Shown here in pieces: positions 1 through 13,229 of a stretch of DNA of 64,000 nt. Numbering within the stretch: position 1 is the stretch's first letter; every line of letters begins with the position of its first letter. The position numbers and the translations under genes were made by a program. Origin of the DNA: Paraspadella gotoi (lineage: Eukaryota > Animalia > Chaetognatha); contig CM119267.1 of NCBI GenBank assembly GCA_051294375.1, positions 23,189,486 through 23,253,485 on the forward strand, given 5' to 3'. The notes under the pieces are model-generated. The model made no database searches. It was not told the origin of the DNA and was given only the letters and a program-made list of their open reading frames with translations.

Positions 1-293
1 GTCCCCCTCCTCCAGGAAAATGACGGGAAAATAACTTAGTCATTATCGTTTTTGTGATTTAGAATTAAAAAAAAACATTAGTTCGTAGGTTTAGTTTGTG
101 CGTTCAATTCGAGAATTTACAATTATTTTTTAACAACAAAAAAGAAGCGGAAAACCCCTTGACATTACTTGAAATTTTTACCCAATATATTTAATTTCAG
201 GCATGGGACAAAAACTGATTAGTGCGGCGACTTTTTGCCTTTAAAATTTACAAGAACCGTTGACTTAAAAAGGCGAAAAAAGACAAAGATGCA

Positions 294-2378
294 ATGTCTT
301 CGAGCGCCATGTTATTTTTGACATTTTTTCGTCTCGCAAAACGCGACTCGTCTTTCGCTCGAGCGAATTCATTTCTGACTCGTGCCTTGTCGTCGAGAAT
401 GGCTTCAAAGGTTGACCGCGCCTTTCGGAGCTCACCCCAATCGGCTCACCATCTCTCTAACAACTCATATTTTCTAAATCCTCGTCTTGCATCCCTCAAC
501 ATCCTCTTCCTATCCACCTCCGCCCGCCGCGATCGAAAAACATTCAGTCAAAATCAGCGAAGACAGAAAAAGAAAGGCGGCAAGCCATCGGCCACTGTCG
601 ATGAAGAAGACGACGATAACGACGACGACACGGACGATGACGTTTATGGCGGACAGAGCTTTGTCCAACTGCGCGGACACTTTTCCAATCTCGCCAGCGA
701 AGAAGGTCACCAAGTCTTTGTTGTACAGCCCGACTTCCGCGTCCCGGAAGAGGTCGTCAAACGTGGAGGAAGTGAGGGGGCATTAATTATAACTGATTTT
801 TATTAAATCATATTATTGTTCTGTTCAGTTTTTAAAATCATCCTAAAATATTTTAGTTATTCAAGTATGGCACCATAACTTTCTTTAACTTTACCTTTTT
901 CCTCCCCGCGCCCAGCCGTCCCCACTGTCCCCATAGTGCACCTCCGCGACGAAGCCATGGCTCTAATCGACTCATTCCGTCTCTGGTCACCCGTCGGCGC
1001 CATGTTCGTCGACGTCTTCAAGATCTTCACGGGGTCGTTCCTCGCCAAGGGGCTCGTCCACCAAGTGGCCGCCCGCATCGAGGAAGACCCCTCCGAGATT
1101 AGCGCCGTCTTTCTCAACGTGGAGCGATTGTCGTTTCGCCAGCGAGTATTCCTCGAGGCCGAGTGGAGGCTCCCTGTCTTTGATCGATACACGCTCGTCT
1201 TGAAGATCTTCAGGGAGAGGGCGAGGACGAGGGAGGCTAAGCTACAGGCGAGACTGTAATATTAGTTTGATGACGTTAACTACATAGCTAAATAGTTAAT
1301 TTGCAATTAAACATCCCAGGTCGCCAAGGCGGAGATTCCTTACATGCGCTCCCAGCTTCACGAGTTTAGCCGATCACTTCGCGATCACCCCTCGGCTCAC
1401 AAGGGATCCCGACAGGGATATTCCATGATGGGTGGCGCCGGAGAAACCGCTCTCGAAACGCGGAAACGCCTCCTCGACGATCGAGAGCGAAAGTTACGCC
1501 GGGAGCTGGAGGCGGTGAGGCAACGACGCGAGACGATGCGAGAGCAGCGAAGGTCCATGTTGGACATACCCGTCGTTGCCGTGGTCGGCTACACCAACTG
1601 CGGGAAGACGTCGCTGATCAAAGCGATGACCAACGACGAGCGCATGGAGCCGAAGGTTTTGATTTTCAGCTTCTTTTCTTTATTTTTTTCTACCATTTTC
1701 ACTTTTAATTTATCGTCGTCCTGATTCGCAAACTACCTTCCCAACCCTCTACAGAACCACCTCTTCGCCACCCTCGACGTGACACTCCATCAGACCACCA
1801 CCCCTTCGGGAATTCGTTACCTCCTCGTCGACACCGTGGGTTTCCTCTCCCAACTCCCCGCCCACCTCGTCGCCTCCTTCTCTTCCACCCTCGAGGACGC
1901 CCTAGGGGCCGACCTCATCCTCCATCTCCACGACGTCAGCCATCCTTGTTTCGATGAACACAAGGTCAACGTCGAGGCCACTCTGTCCCGACTCGGGGTC
2001 ACGCCCGACCGGTTCGAAACGGATGTGGTGGAAGCCTGGAACAAAGTGGATCTCCGTCCGGACTTGGAGACGGTCGAAGAGGAGGAAGAAGATAAAGGTC
2101 CACTCAAAATCTCCGCCACTTCTCGACGCGGCCTCTTTCGCCTCAACATGCTCCTGGAGCGAAAGATCGTCGCGAAGAAGCGTCTGTTGATACGGCGGGT
2201 GATACTCGGCCTCACGGACTCAGAAGTGATGAGGTGGCTGCAACGCGAGGCGACGGTTCTCTCTATCGCCGCCGACGCGGATACGGAAACTATGGTCGTT
2301 GAGTGTTTGCTGTCTCCGGCGGTGGCGGCCAAGTTTAGTGCCGCGTTTCCGGGTCGCCAGTTGAGGGAACGGGGTTGA
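294..2378 (+). CDS. GTPBP6: HflX-family GTPase (GTPBP6-like), 4 exons: 294-771, 916-1247, 1320-1655, 1755-2378
   Basis: HflX motifs: DRYTLVLKIF..RARTREAKLQ|VAKAEIPY, GGAGET, G1 GYTNCGKT, G2 FATLD, G3 DTVGF, G4 NKVD, G5 ISA. Exon phases are consistent; intron 2 needs a GC donor. Start codon (294 vs 399) uncertain. Confidence 0.9.
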
Positions 2379-3685
2379 TACTAATTGATACTAATTGAGA
2401 TAAGCTCAGAGAAGGTGAACGAGCCAGAGCGACGAAATAGACGTAATGAATGGACGAAATAAACGAAGTGGACGGAATGAGTAAACGAAGAGAGTTGTAG
2501 ACGGAGTGAGCACAGGAGAGCACCATTTTCGTGACGTATTGTAGTAGTGGTTGGCCTTGTAGAGGTAGGGCGTTCCCTAATGTGCTAGGAGTGGAGAGAC
2601 CGTAATGAAGAAGCGACGTGGAAGCTGTTGAAACGAAGTTGTAGAGGGCCGGAACAGTCTCCTCCAACTGGGCCTATAATGAACATAGAACATGAAAGGA
2701 TGTTGAGGTACCAAAGAGTGACACTTTATTTGTGGGATAAAGTTGCATTAACTAATACTGCCACTATTTCTCCAAAGTTGTTGCTGTCATTAAGCCGGGA
2801 GAACGGCGTGAAATAAGATGATTTACCTTTGTGATGAAATAGAGTTCCAAATGAGTAAGACTTGAGAGAGAGTTGACACGTGTCAAAAGAATGAGTAGCC
2901 TGTAAGTGATTCCGTTAAAACATTTTTAAATTTTTCAAATGAAATTCTAAATAGTTAACTATAATGAATAAGCCTGAGTTTTTTCAACTTGAAACTGAAA
3001 TTCCAAAACCGGTCAATGCACCATCTAACAGAGGGTATCTCTGTTGTGATGATGGTTACCCTGATTATACATGACATCGGTTACTATAGGTTCTGTGGAT
3101 AATTATTCAGTGACTTACTTAATGTTTGAAGGCTACTTGACTGGCTTCTTGGTAAGACTAATGAACTAGAGAGTTAGGCTTGCAATGTATTCAAGTATAG
3201 ACCTATGAAAAGATAAGCAATTACATGTTAATATCTTAATGGATGCTAAACCTAAGTGTTGAGCTAGCAAGAGCATAGTGGTTCAAAACCGACCCTTGTA
3301 ATCCTAGCTGACTAAAGGATAATTCTCTGAGAATATATTTCTTTACTAAACATAGAAGGTCAGCTGGAATCACAAGAATAATTAAAGTAATAAACTAGCA
3401 ATTATGACAATTAAATCATTAATTATTTAGCTATTAACGGAACCACAAATAAACATGATCATTTACTAATGTAAAATAATAATATTAAACCTTTAAGGTA
3501 ATAGAATAAGTATTTATCAAAGCTTAATCAAAATACGACAATATGCAAATGAGATTGAGGAACTCAATCTCATTTCAGACAATTCACAAATTAATCTGCT
3601 ACATTTGGCGTCTCCGGCGGTGGCGGCCAAGTTTAGTGCCGCGTTTCCGGGTCGCCAGTTGAGGGAACGGGGTTGATACTAATTG
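2312..3685 (+). repeat. 76-bp direct repeat (2312-2387 = 3610-3685) of the GTPBP6 3' end, flanking a ~1.2-kb insertion
   Basis: Identical string gtctccggcggtggcggcc...ggggttgatactaattg at both positions. Confidence 0.9.
3005..3603. mobile_element. Dispersed repeat, possibly LTR-derived; second copy at ~17450-18001 in an ankyrin intron
   Basis: Shared blocks (gcatagtggttca..accgaccc..aatcctagctga; hairpin aaatgagattga...tcaatctcattt; terminal ctgctaca). This copy is followed by tt-TGGCG, which resembles the start of a PBS. Confidence 0.5.
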
Positions 3686-4066
3686 TTAACGATTCTGTTA
3701 ATTTTTGTTCATCAATCGCTCGATTCACTCTTTAGATGATTTAGGCTAAAAACTTGTTAAGTCGTTAAACTGGGGGGTTTATTGGAAAGGAAAAAATAGT
3801 AATTCGTCGACAGCTTCGCCCTCTCCCGGAGAAGAAAGAAAAAAAATTTGGCCATGACTCCCGACGGAAAAAAAAAACAAAAACGTTTTTGAAAAATAAA
3901 AGAACAAAAGCTTTTCCCGCCGGAAAAGCGAGAAAAGACATCGACCCTGTTCTCGCCCTCTCCGCCCCCTTCTCGTGCCATGTGGGGCGGATGAGGCGGT
4001 TGGGGTCGTCGAGGGTCGGCCATCGCGGGCGATGAAGCGGCGGCGCGTCGCGCTCAATTACCTCAA

Positions 4067-7000
4067 ATGGAAACCACCGTCGAGGATCCACCCTCGTCAG
4101 GTTTGGAATATAATGTTTTTCAAAATTGTCTTATCAAAAAACATATTTAATAAATTTTTTTTTTCCAGTGATTTATAAGTATAGAAATAAATACGAATTG
4201 AATCAAATCTGAGTAATGAGCTTTGATTTTTGAATCTTGTTTATTTATTAACTATCAATAAATGTCCCCCAATAGCAGGCTCCTTGAAAGGCTCGGGATC
4301 TGAAAAAGACTTCGATCACCACGCCGTCAACGATGTCGTCGGCGGCGCCAACCTCGACGCGGCCGCCTCGGCGCCGGAAGTCGATGCCGCTCGCGTCGAC
4401 GTCACGGAAAGTTCCACGTCGCCAATATTTCGCGACGACTATCAACCAGGATTCGAAGCCGGGGTGGCGGGGTCGGCGGCGACTTCGGCGGCCGTGGCGT
4501 CGCCAGGACCGCGAAGCCACAGCAGTCCGCTTCGTCCTCGTTCTTCGGGCGGCGACGAAGCCACCAACGGCGATGCCAGTCTCGACCAGCCGATGCTGCC
4601 GCCCGCGCTGCCCGACTACTACATGCGCGGCGGAGACGGGCACATCGAGGACTACGTCTTTTATCAATCCATGCAGATCTTGCCCGACCTGGCGGCTCGT
4701 TTATCTGCCTCTTTCCGTGGTGATGCCTCGACAGGCTCGTCGAACCGGAGTCAATTGGCGACGTCTTCCGCGGAGTCGGAGGGTCGGGCGCGACCGTCGG
4801 ACGGACTTCGCGTCGTCATCGTCGGCAACGGCGAATCCTTGTCCTGCCCGACGCTGCACTCTCCGCCGCCCCTCGATCTCCCGCTGCACGACGAGCCGCA
4901 GCTGCTGTCCGACATCGAGGAACTGACCGAGAATGGGTCCGACCTGGACTCGCCCGCGACGGGCGGTTCTTCCGGCGGCGCCAGCAGCGCCTCGGCACCC
5001 GGCGTCGTCGTGCCCGGCGGCGGGCTCTTGGTCGGCGCCGCCGGCGGCCTCTTTAACCCGGCGGCACTGGCCAGTCTCCAGGCGTACTACATGCCGTCCT
5101 CGCCCGGCGACGAGGGGCCCGTCGAGATCGTCCAGGTTTGTAACTCTTGTTTTGTTTATTTGTACGACTTATGGTTTTGTTTGCTTTTGTTTATCCATTT
5201 TTGAAAACTCATCCAACTCGCTCCAGGTTATGGAGATTCCCGAGCCCCACTTCCTGTCCGACATCGAGGAGGTGACTGAGAACGGGAGCGAAGTGTCGAC
5301 GACGACTACGGACCCGCCCTCCACTTCCCTTCCGCCGGGACCTCCCATCCCGCTCCCGCCCAACGTGCCCGTCAACGCGCCCGTCAACGGGTGTCAGACT
5401 TGCGGACAGGAGCTCAGCGATCCGTTGAGCCTCTCGGACATCGAGGAGCTGACGGAGAACGAGACGAGCTCCTCGGCTCATCTGGGCACGGGGTCGGGAG
5501 AGGAACGGAGAGACCGTCAAGTCACGAGGTCAGTTTGAATGGAGAGAGAGAGAGAGTGAAAGAGAGCGAGCTGTTAGGAAACGTCTAACATTCCTTCTCC
5601 AGATCGTCAGTGGGTGACGTGACGCTCGAAGAGATGGAGAGCACGGTGCTGGAGGACGACGGCGCCGTCGCCAGCCCCGCTCACTCAGGTCGCAGCGGAG
5701 GCGGCGGTGGCGGCACGCTGAGACGCAGTCAGCTGATGTTCTTCGACCGACAGACCGTCGGCTACACCGCCGGGACGGCGCCGCCCCCGGTGCCGCCGCC
5801 GCCCGTCGAGTCGTCTCCTCCGCCGGGAGGAAGACATCGTGGCGAAGACTGGGAGCGCCGTCCCTCCATGATCACGTACAGTCCGCAAAAGACGCCGCCT
5901 GTCGCCGATCACGACCGCGACGGCGCCGCCAGCGTCGGCGAGGACTCGCAGCGCTACTACCCGGCGTCCAGGGGGAAGCAACCGCGTCTTCCCTCCTTGG
6001 AGAGGGCGGGCAGCGATGCGAGGGCGCGATCTCTCTCCGATCCGAGATCCGCCGCTTCCGCCGCCGCTGCCGCCGCCTCGGAAGAGTCTCCCCCGATGTC
6101 GTCGTCCTCGTCGCCGCGCCGGAAACATTCGAACGACGACGCCGGAAAGAACGCTGACAGTGCCTCATCGCCTTCATCGTCGCTACGGGCGACGAGGGAC
6201 AATCGGGAATCTTCATTGGTTACCTCGACGGAAGCCAGATCCTCATTGGTCGCTTCGGACGCCGGTTCCTCATTGGTCGCCTCAGACGCCGGTTCCTCAT
6301 TGGTCGCCTCAGACGCCGGTTCCTCATTGGTCGCCTCGATGGATGCCGGATCCTCATTGGTCGCCGCATCTTCTTCTTCTTCATCGGCGGTGGAGGATTT
6401 TCTGCGTCCGACGGACGAGGACTTGGAAGGAATCGATCTCGTTGCTCAACGGTCGCCGGACGTTGGGATCGACGGCGGCGCAAATTTCGTCATCCTCTCC
6501 GAAGCGGAGACGGCGCCGCCGACGGCGTCCTCGAAAAACTCGCGATTGCGATCCGTTTCGGCTCCAATGTCGCCGCCTTCCTCGTCATTGGCTCCGCCGC
6601 GACCGCCATCCCCCGATGCCCTCTCGTCGGCCTCGTCGTCGGCGCACGTTTTCGCCGAAGTGGAGATAATCAAACAGGCCGACGAGAACGTCGATTCGGA
6701 CGAGGACGAGGTCATGGTGGCGTCGGCGGCGCGGGCGAGGAGCGCCTCTCCACATCGAGGCGGTGGCGGAAGTTTCTCTCGCGTCAACCGAAGTCATTCG
6801 CCGGGAATGATGGAGACGAGTCTGGCGGGGGACGTGGACGGACGCCGACGGTCGGTTCCGGCGCCGCCCGTTGGAGAATTGACTATGGAACAAACAGAGG
6901 AACCGCGGGAGAAGAAAAGCGTTCTCGAAGGAGCAATCGCTGTTGGGACAATCACAGTTTACGCGCCTAAGAAAAAGGCGATGCGTGCGGCGCCGGAAGA

Positions 7001-10000
7001 TGGCGCGCCGGCGTCGTTATCCTCGACTGAAGCGCCGCCTAGAGAAGAGGCGCAATCTCGTGCGCCTGCTTCATCCGAACCACCGACCCTCATTTCCGTC
7101 GTACCGGCGCCCGAAGAGCCCCCAGGATTTCACCCTTACGCCAAAGCCTATGGCGACATGGTGATAACCGACGCCGTCGGAGATTCCGACCGAAACGGCG
7201 CCGGAACCTCGGAGAACGAACTAACACAGGACTCGATCGACAGCGGCGGGACGGTGATCGACGTCGCTCCGGCGGCTGCGGCGTCGAGGGGAAAGAGAAG
7301 CGAAGGGGGAAATAAACCGCCGAATCTCATCTTGCCGGAGGAGGGGGCGATATTTGGAGACAAGGTAATATCAATGCAAGATACCCAAAATGCTAATGAA
7401 AAATGTCAATAATACGTTTTTTTCTCGCCAGACGAGCGAATGCAGCTCTCTCCAGCTTTTCTCTCTTTTTTTTTCTCTCTTTTTTTTTCTCTCTCTCTCT
7501 CTTTTTCTCTCTCTCTCTCTTACTCATACACGCATTTGTTCTTTTTATTTACGATCAATGAGTGACTATCATCGCATCAATGAATGACTATCATCGCATC
7601 AATGAATGACTATCATCGCATCAATGAATGACTATCATCGCATCAATGAATGACTAATCATCATTTTTTTAATTCGATCTCCTTACTCCTTCTATCATAA
7701 AGGTGGACGAACGCGAAATCGGCTTCGTTTCTCCCGCCATTCTCTCCTCGCCCATCTCTCCCTCCTTCGCGCCCGCCTCTCCGATCCCGGACATCGTCCT
7801 CCCGAGGTCGGACACCGAGACCGAGCTCGGCGCCACCACCGCCGACGAGGACCGGAGGGAGAGCGAGTCCGGAGACGCCTCCTGCGAAGGAGTCTACGAC
7901 GAGACGTCCGACCCGCGCAGCGATTCCTACCCGGTGGAACTCAACTCGCGAAGTTTCGGGAGCCAGGTACATGTGGGTGGGGGTAATGTCAGATTGAATA
8001 TAAAAATTTACCCTTTTAATCATTAAATTCAAGGGAAAAAGGGGTTAAAATAAAAGTGCCTGCAAAGATATCTTGGTTGAGCCTCAACATTGCGCTCATT
8101 GTGTAATGAGCACCTTGAAAACAAAAAATCAATTAATGGGGAGAGAGTGAGCAACCGTGTTATCTTCCACAGTCTGTCATTCATAATAGGAACGACTCAT
8201 TTGTAGGTTACCAGCGGCGAGGAAAGTTCGGAGCGCGAGTCGGACCTCGATAGAATCAGCAGCCGCAGCAAGCACAGCACGAGCAGCTTTGACCACGGTA
8301 ACCACAGCGGCCGACAATCGGCCCACAGCGTGAGCAGCTTCAAACACGTTCATCGAACCAAGGAGGAGGAGGACCGTCTCTGGGCCAGTCACATGGTCCG
8401 CGGCGGCGTCTCTCGCGAGGACCTCACCATCGAGAACGACATGGCCGACTTTCAGGAGCGACTCCGGGAGAACATGTTCACTGTGGACCAGATCGACTTC
8501 GACGAACCTCTCGTCGATCCCGCGGAGAAGTACTACGACCTCCTCTGGCCCAAGCCGGACGACGAGGACAGCGACAACCGGACGGTCTCCACCTGCATCG
8601 ACAATCCAAACCTGCAGATGGTCTGCCGGCTCAAGAACGAGGATCAAGTCGTCGACCTCACCCTCTTCAACGACCGGCTGGAGTGGGTCAACCACAGCGT
8701 TCCCTCTATTCCCAACGGCCTCAAGCAGCAGATCACCATGTCGGCGGGGCCTCTGCTGAAGATCAAGCTGCAGACAAGCTCCCTCTCCGCCTACCTCATG
8801 TCTTGCATGATCCCGTTGGAGGACGTGCTGGCGGCGCGGACGAGCCTCTGGACAACCCACGACAAGTGCATCGCCAAAAGCGATAAGGTCTTTACCATCT
8901 ACGCGCTTGATAAGAAGCCTAACAACGTTTGGTGGTACTGCACGGTGCATTTTGAGTGTGACACCGTTGTTCAGGTGAGTTTAGTATTTACTGTTATAGT
9001 TATAGTAGTTATAGTTCCCTAAAATTGAAGTTAGATGAATCACGTCGATTAATCAATGATTTTTTGAAAAGTATAAATTTTGTTGCTCAAGTGTTTGAGT
9101 TAATTGACAATATAAAATGATTATTTGTCACAGGCCAAAGTCTGGGCTCACACCATCAGCCGTCACATCTGGATGATGAAGCGCCCCCGCTGCTTGCTCG
9201 TCTTCGTCAACCCGTTCGGCGGAAAGGGCAACGCGATGTTCATGTACAACAAGAAGATCCGTCCGTTGCTCAACCTGGCCCTCATCAAAGCCGAAGTGAT
9301 CATCACCAAAGGCGGCCACTACATTGAGGACTTCCTCAGCATCTTCCGCTTTGATACGGTCGACGGAGTCTTGGCCATCGGCGGCGACGGCACATTTTCC
9401 AAGGTCTGCAACGGCCTTCTTCGTCGCGCCCAGGCCGATGCCGAGGTCAAGCTGAACCTCTCGCCCAAGGACATGCGTCCAGGCGCCTACGTCAAGCCGC
9501 CCGTGCCCGTTGGTCACATACCGGCGGGGTCAAACAACGGGTTCGCCTATTCCGTGACCGGATGCACGGAGCCCACCACCGCCCTTCTCCACGTCATCCT
9601 CGGCCGGTCCATGGGCCTCGACGTCGTCTCGGTCCACGACGCCCATACGGGCAAGTTCCTCCGCTTCTCCGCCGTCGGACTCGCCTACGGCAGCGCCGCC
9701 GACGGCGCCATCGACGCCGACCGCAACCGCTGGATGGGACCCTGGCGCTATTTTCTCGCCGGCGCCAAGGTCGTCCAGCGTCACAAGATGTACGCCGGCC
9801 GGCTCGAGTTTCTCCCCGCCGCCCACTCTGGCCACACGGCCGACGGGAACGTCTGCTACGCCGGCTGCGAGACTTGCGCCGAGGCGGCCGAGTACTGCGC
9901 CGCCAATCCCGTCTCGCTGGAACGGAAAGAGCGGATCGTCGACGACGCGGCGGTAGAAGACGCCGGAGAGCCGCGATGGCAAAGCTGCGCCACCAAGTTC

Positions 10001-10786
10001 CATTCGATCGTCGCCGTGGGCCACACGGCAAGGTCGCGGACCCGCCTCGATGGCGACTTACCCTTCACTCACCTCGGCGACGGGACAGTAGAGCTCATGG
10101 TCATCAGCGAGTGCACGCGGCGAGAAATTGTTAAGATGGCGAGGCACGGCGGTTTTCTCTCCTCGGACACGGTCGTGCCGCACCGGGTGAGGGCGTTTCG
10201 GTTCACGCCGCTCGACGCCAACATGGAGGAGATCTCGAGGAGAAAAGAGCGGAAAGGTGGAAGGAAAGAGGAGGAGGAAGAGGACGAGGTGGCTAGCTCC
10301 AAACCCTCGCGGGTTTTGTCACGGGCCCCCTCGCGGACGCTGTCGCGGGCGCCCTCGATGCCGATCTCGCGCCCGCCGTCCGGCCTTCCCTCGAGAATGC
10401 CTTCCGGTCTTCCTTCTGGCCACTCGCTCGACGATCCCGACGCGGCGTTGCGCATCGCCGTCGGTGTTAAGCGTGACGCCGATGGCGCCGCTTCTCGTAA
10501 GACGGTGTCGCGAGGCTCAATCCCCGAGTCGGAGGACGGCGCCGCGACCAACTCGTCGTCAGGCAAAGGGAGCTCCTCCGGCGCCGCGCAGGACGGGAGT
10601 CCCGTCCATCGACCCACGTGCTTTCCCCAGTTCCAGTCGACTTCGCAAAAGGCGAGGAACAAGGATCTCAGCGTGTGGACGACCGACGGGGAGACGGAGT
10701 TCGAGCAAAAATCCGTCGTCTGCTACGTTCACTGTCAACTCTTGAACATTTTCGGTCACGGGATCGATAAGCAGCAGGACGTTTGA
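4067..10786 (+). CDS. CERK: Ceramide kinase-like lipid kinase, ~1880 aa, 7 exons: 4067-4100, 4279-5135, 5227-5528, 5603-7364, 7703-7966, 8207-8974, 9134-10786
   Basis: PH-like region (8330-9170), DAGK catalytic motifs LVFVNPFGGKG, GGDGT, IPAGSNN and RWMGPWRY, CERK-type Cys cluster CYAGCETC, C-terminal DGE. Upstream low-complexity ORFs join in frame through GT-AG introns. First exon and start are less certain. Confidence 0.8.
6210..6365 (+). repeat. Coding minisatellite, ~27-30-nt unit encoding SSLVASDAG x ~6
   Basis: tcctcattggtcgc(c/t)tc(a/g)gacgccggt repeated in tandem. Confidence 0.9.
7553..7655 (+). repeat. Intronic 22-bp tandem repeat (atcaatgaatgactatcatcgc x ~4.5)
   Basis: Directly visible; a related degenerate array lies at 55135-55505. 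Confidence 0.9.
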
Positions 10787-12658
10787 AGAATTTGGGGAGT
10801 CGTGCGTAAACAGATAGGAGTTAAAAACATGAATTATTAAATATGAATCAATTTATACTGGACCGGCTTGCTTGTGCTGCGCGTCATCCAACCTTCGGTG
10901 ATTGAAAAAAAAAAATTCACACAGCATCATGGTGATAAATTTCATTTTAAAAAAACATGTTTTTTACTGTACGATGACAAACAAAAAAAAGCCCATGAAA
11001 AGGGTAGACGTAGTTGTAGGATAAAGTAACACGCGATTAGGCCCGCGCGTCGCAATATATATTTGATCTCACGTTTTGGTCTTCCAAAACTCATTCTCGT
11101 GTTAATTTATTTTGTTGTTAACTTTGGCTGGGATCATTTACAGTTTTTAATGCTTTTGAAACTTATAATGCATATCTTGTGTATTTTTTATTTTTTATCC
11201 TCTCCGATTGAGGCGCCACAGCAATTCCTTTTTTCAACACTCTTTCTTTCTCTCTCTCTCGCTCTCTCTCTTTCTCTCTCTTTCTCTCTCTTTCCCTCTC
11301 TCTCGTGTGTTGAAAAATAAATGTTCTCGCAGGAAAAAACAAAGAAATCGGGTAATTTCATTGTAATACTGATAATAATAGTCTGCTGAATTGTGCAAGA
11401 GCGTTTTTAATCGAAAGTACTTATCGTTTTTAAGGTGCTATGGATGTACATAATTTATCTTAATCGGCTTTTTTTTTTTATGTCAGTGTCGTTTCAGCTC
11501 TATTAAGAAGAAAAGGTAGTCGTAATGTAGAGACTATCTATTCCGTAGTCCGATCCATAGTCGTACACAATTATGTTGCCGGCATCAAGTTTATTAGTAT
11601 AGGGCTGTTATTCCTTAATCCTTTACTAAGGAGCATATAAACTACGAACGTTACTTGTAATTCAAATTGAATTTTTTCGTTATTCTTTGTCGTAAACAAA
11701 AAACCCATAGTATTTTAGTGCTTAGAACACTAATTCATCCTTTTGACTACAACAACAATAATGAAATTAACTCGTTGATCTCAATGTCACTCAGTTATTA
11801 TCTTTTCTGTTTTCTATCATTTAAAAAGTACTCAGACAACGTTGACGAAACTGGTATCCGTAGATATGTACCTTGTTTTATCGTGCAACGATCTCGACGC
11901 TTAGATTGACTTCCTTTTTCTCTCTTTCTTCTCTCTCACTCCAATTTCTCGATATCTTTTATCCCCAGTCTCCTCCTTTCCCCCCACTACTCCCCCCTCT
12001 CCCGTTTCACCTTGTCGCGACGAATTAAACCGCGTAATTATTGCTGCAGGACTGCGTTCGGGATTTGCTGTGGTTTCTTGAAAGGACGATTTACACTCAT
12101 CGGGCGCTAGTTTTAAAGAAAAGAGAGGCGGTGGAAAGGGGGGCCGGGGGGGGGGCGAGGAATTCACGAACGAAATGATTCGTGCATCGATTGAAATTTT
12201 TACTTTGCGTACAACAGAGTTAGACCATTTCGGAGTTTTTCCGATCGCTTGAAAATCAAAAATATCTGATATTTATTGATAGAAATAGCACCAGTCTACG
12301 TACCGAGATTTCCGCCACCTCGTTGATTACATATTTTTTTTTTTACTATTCGGTTTTTTGGGGAATTTATCTCTCGTTTCTGCGTTCGTTTTTTTTACAG
12401 AATTGTTCCTTTTTTTCGTTTTAGTTATTTTATATATTTGTTTGCCAATGCGTCATTAAATAGCATTTTTATATCAGCTGCACTGCATTTAAGATTGAAG
12501 AAAAATAACCGATTTGATACCGTCTTTTTGTCTTGATCTAAAAAATGAAAGCCGGTTTTCCTTCTCGCTTTCACTCGCGCCCTTTTTCTCTCTCGCTCTT
12601 TCTTCGGCTCTTACTTTTGCATTTGTTTCTTTTCGCTCCTCTCCTCGCTGTACCTTTT

Positions 12659-12659
<1 letters not shown>

Positions 12660-12733
<74 letters not shown>
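12660..12733 (+). repeat. (CT)n microsatellite
   Basis: Long CT run upstream of ankyrin; a similar (GA)n run lies at ~33950-33987. Confidence 0.95.
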
Positions 12734-12736
<3 letters not shown>

Positions 12737-13229
12737 CCCCTCTTTCTAGTCATTTCGTGAGCTTTTCTTTTCATCCTGTCATCAGGCGACGACCATTTTT
12801 TTTATTTTCGTAAATAATCTTGCTTGACGATGAGATGATCGGGACTCTCTCTCTCTCGCTCTTACATCCAGTAAAACACTAACACTGATTGATTTTTTTT
12901 ATTGAGTTATTTGCAGCCTTGTTCATATCACAACCGAATGATCTCCTTGTACCATATTTACGAGCGAAACAAAAAAAAACTTTAAGAATAAACTTTAACC
13001 AAAAAAAGCAACGAAGCAAACTTCCAAGCAAAATACAAAAAGCATCAAAAACACGACTCTCTCTCTCTCCCTCACTTTTTGACGTTGTTGACGTTTTAGC
13101 AACTACCCCTAATGGTGTGCCAAACCTCTTCCGTTTATTTTTTATTCACAAACTTCGTCATTTACGATTTTAAAAACGATAAATAATTTATTTTAAAAAA
13201 ACCCGAAAAAAATAACCGAGATCGCGAAA

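Noticed and set aside
2335-2900. Minus-strand ORF inside the insertion as a gene
   Set aside because: No recognisable domain, and it lies within inserted repeat-like DNA.
7553-7655. CRISPR-like array
   Set aside because: Head-to-tail repeats without unique spacers, in a eukaryotic intron.
4248-10759. Many long antisense and alternate-frame ORFs over GC-rich exons (e.g. 8177-8950 -, 10069-10662 -)
   Set aside because: Shadow ORFs caused by GC-rich codon usage; no independent motifs.
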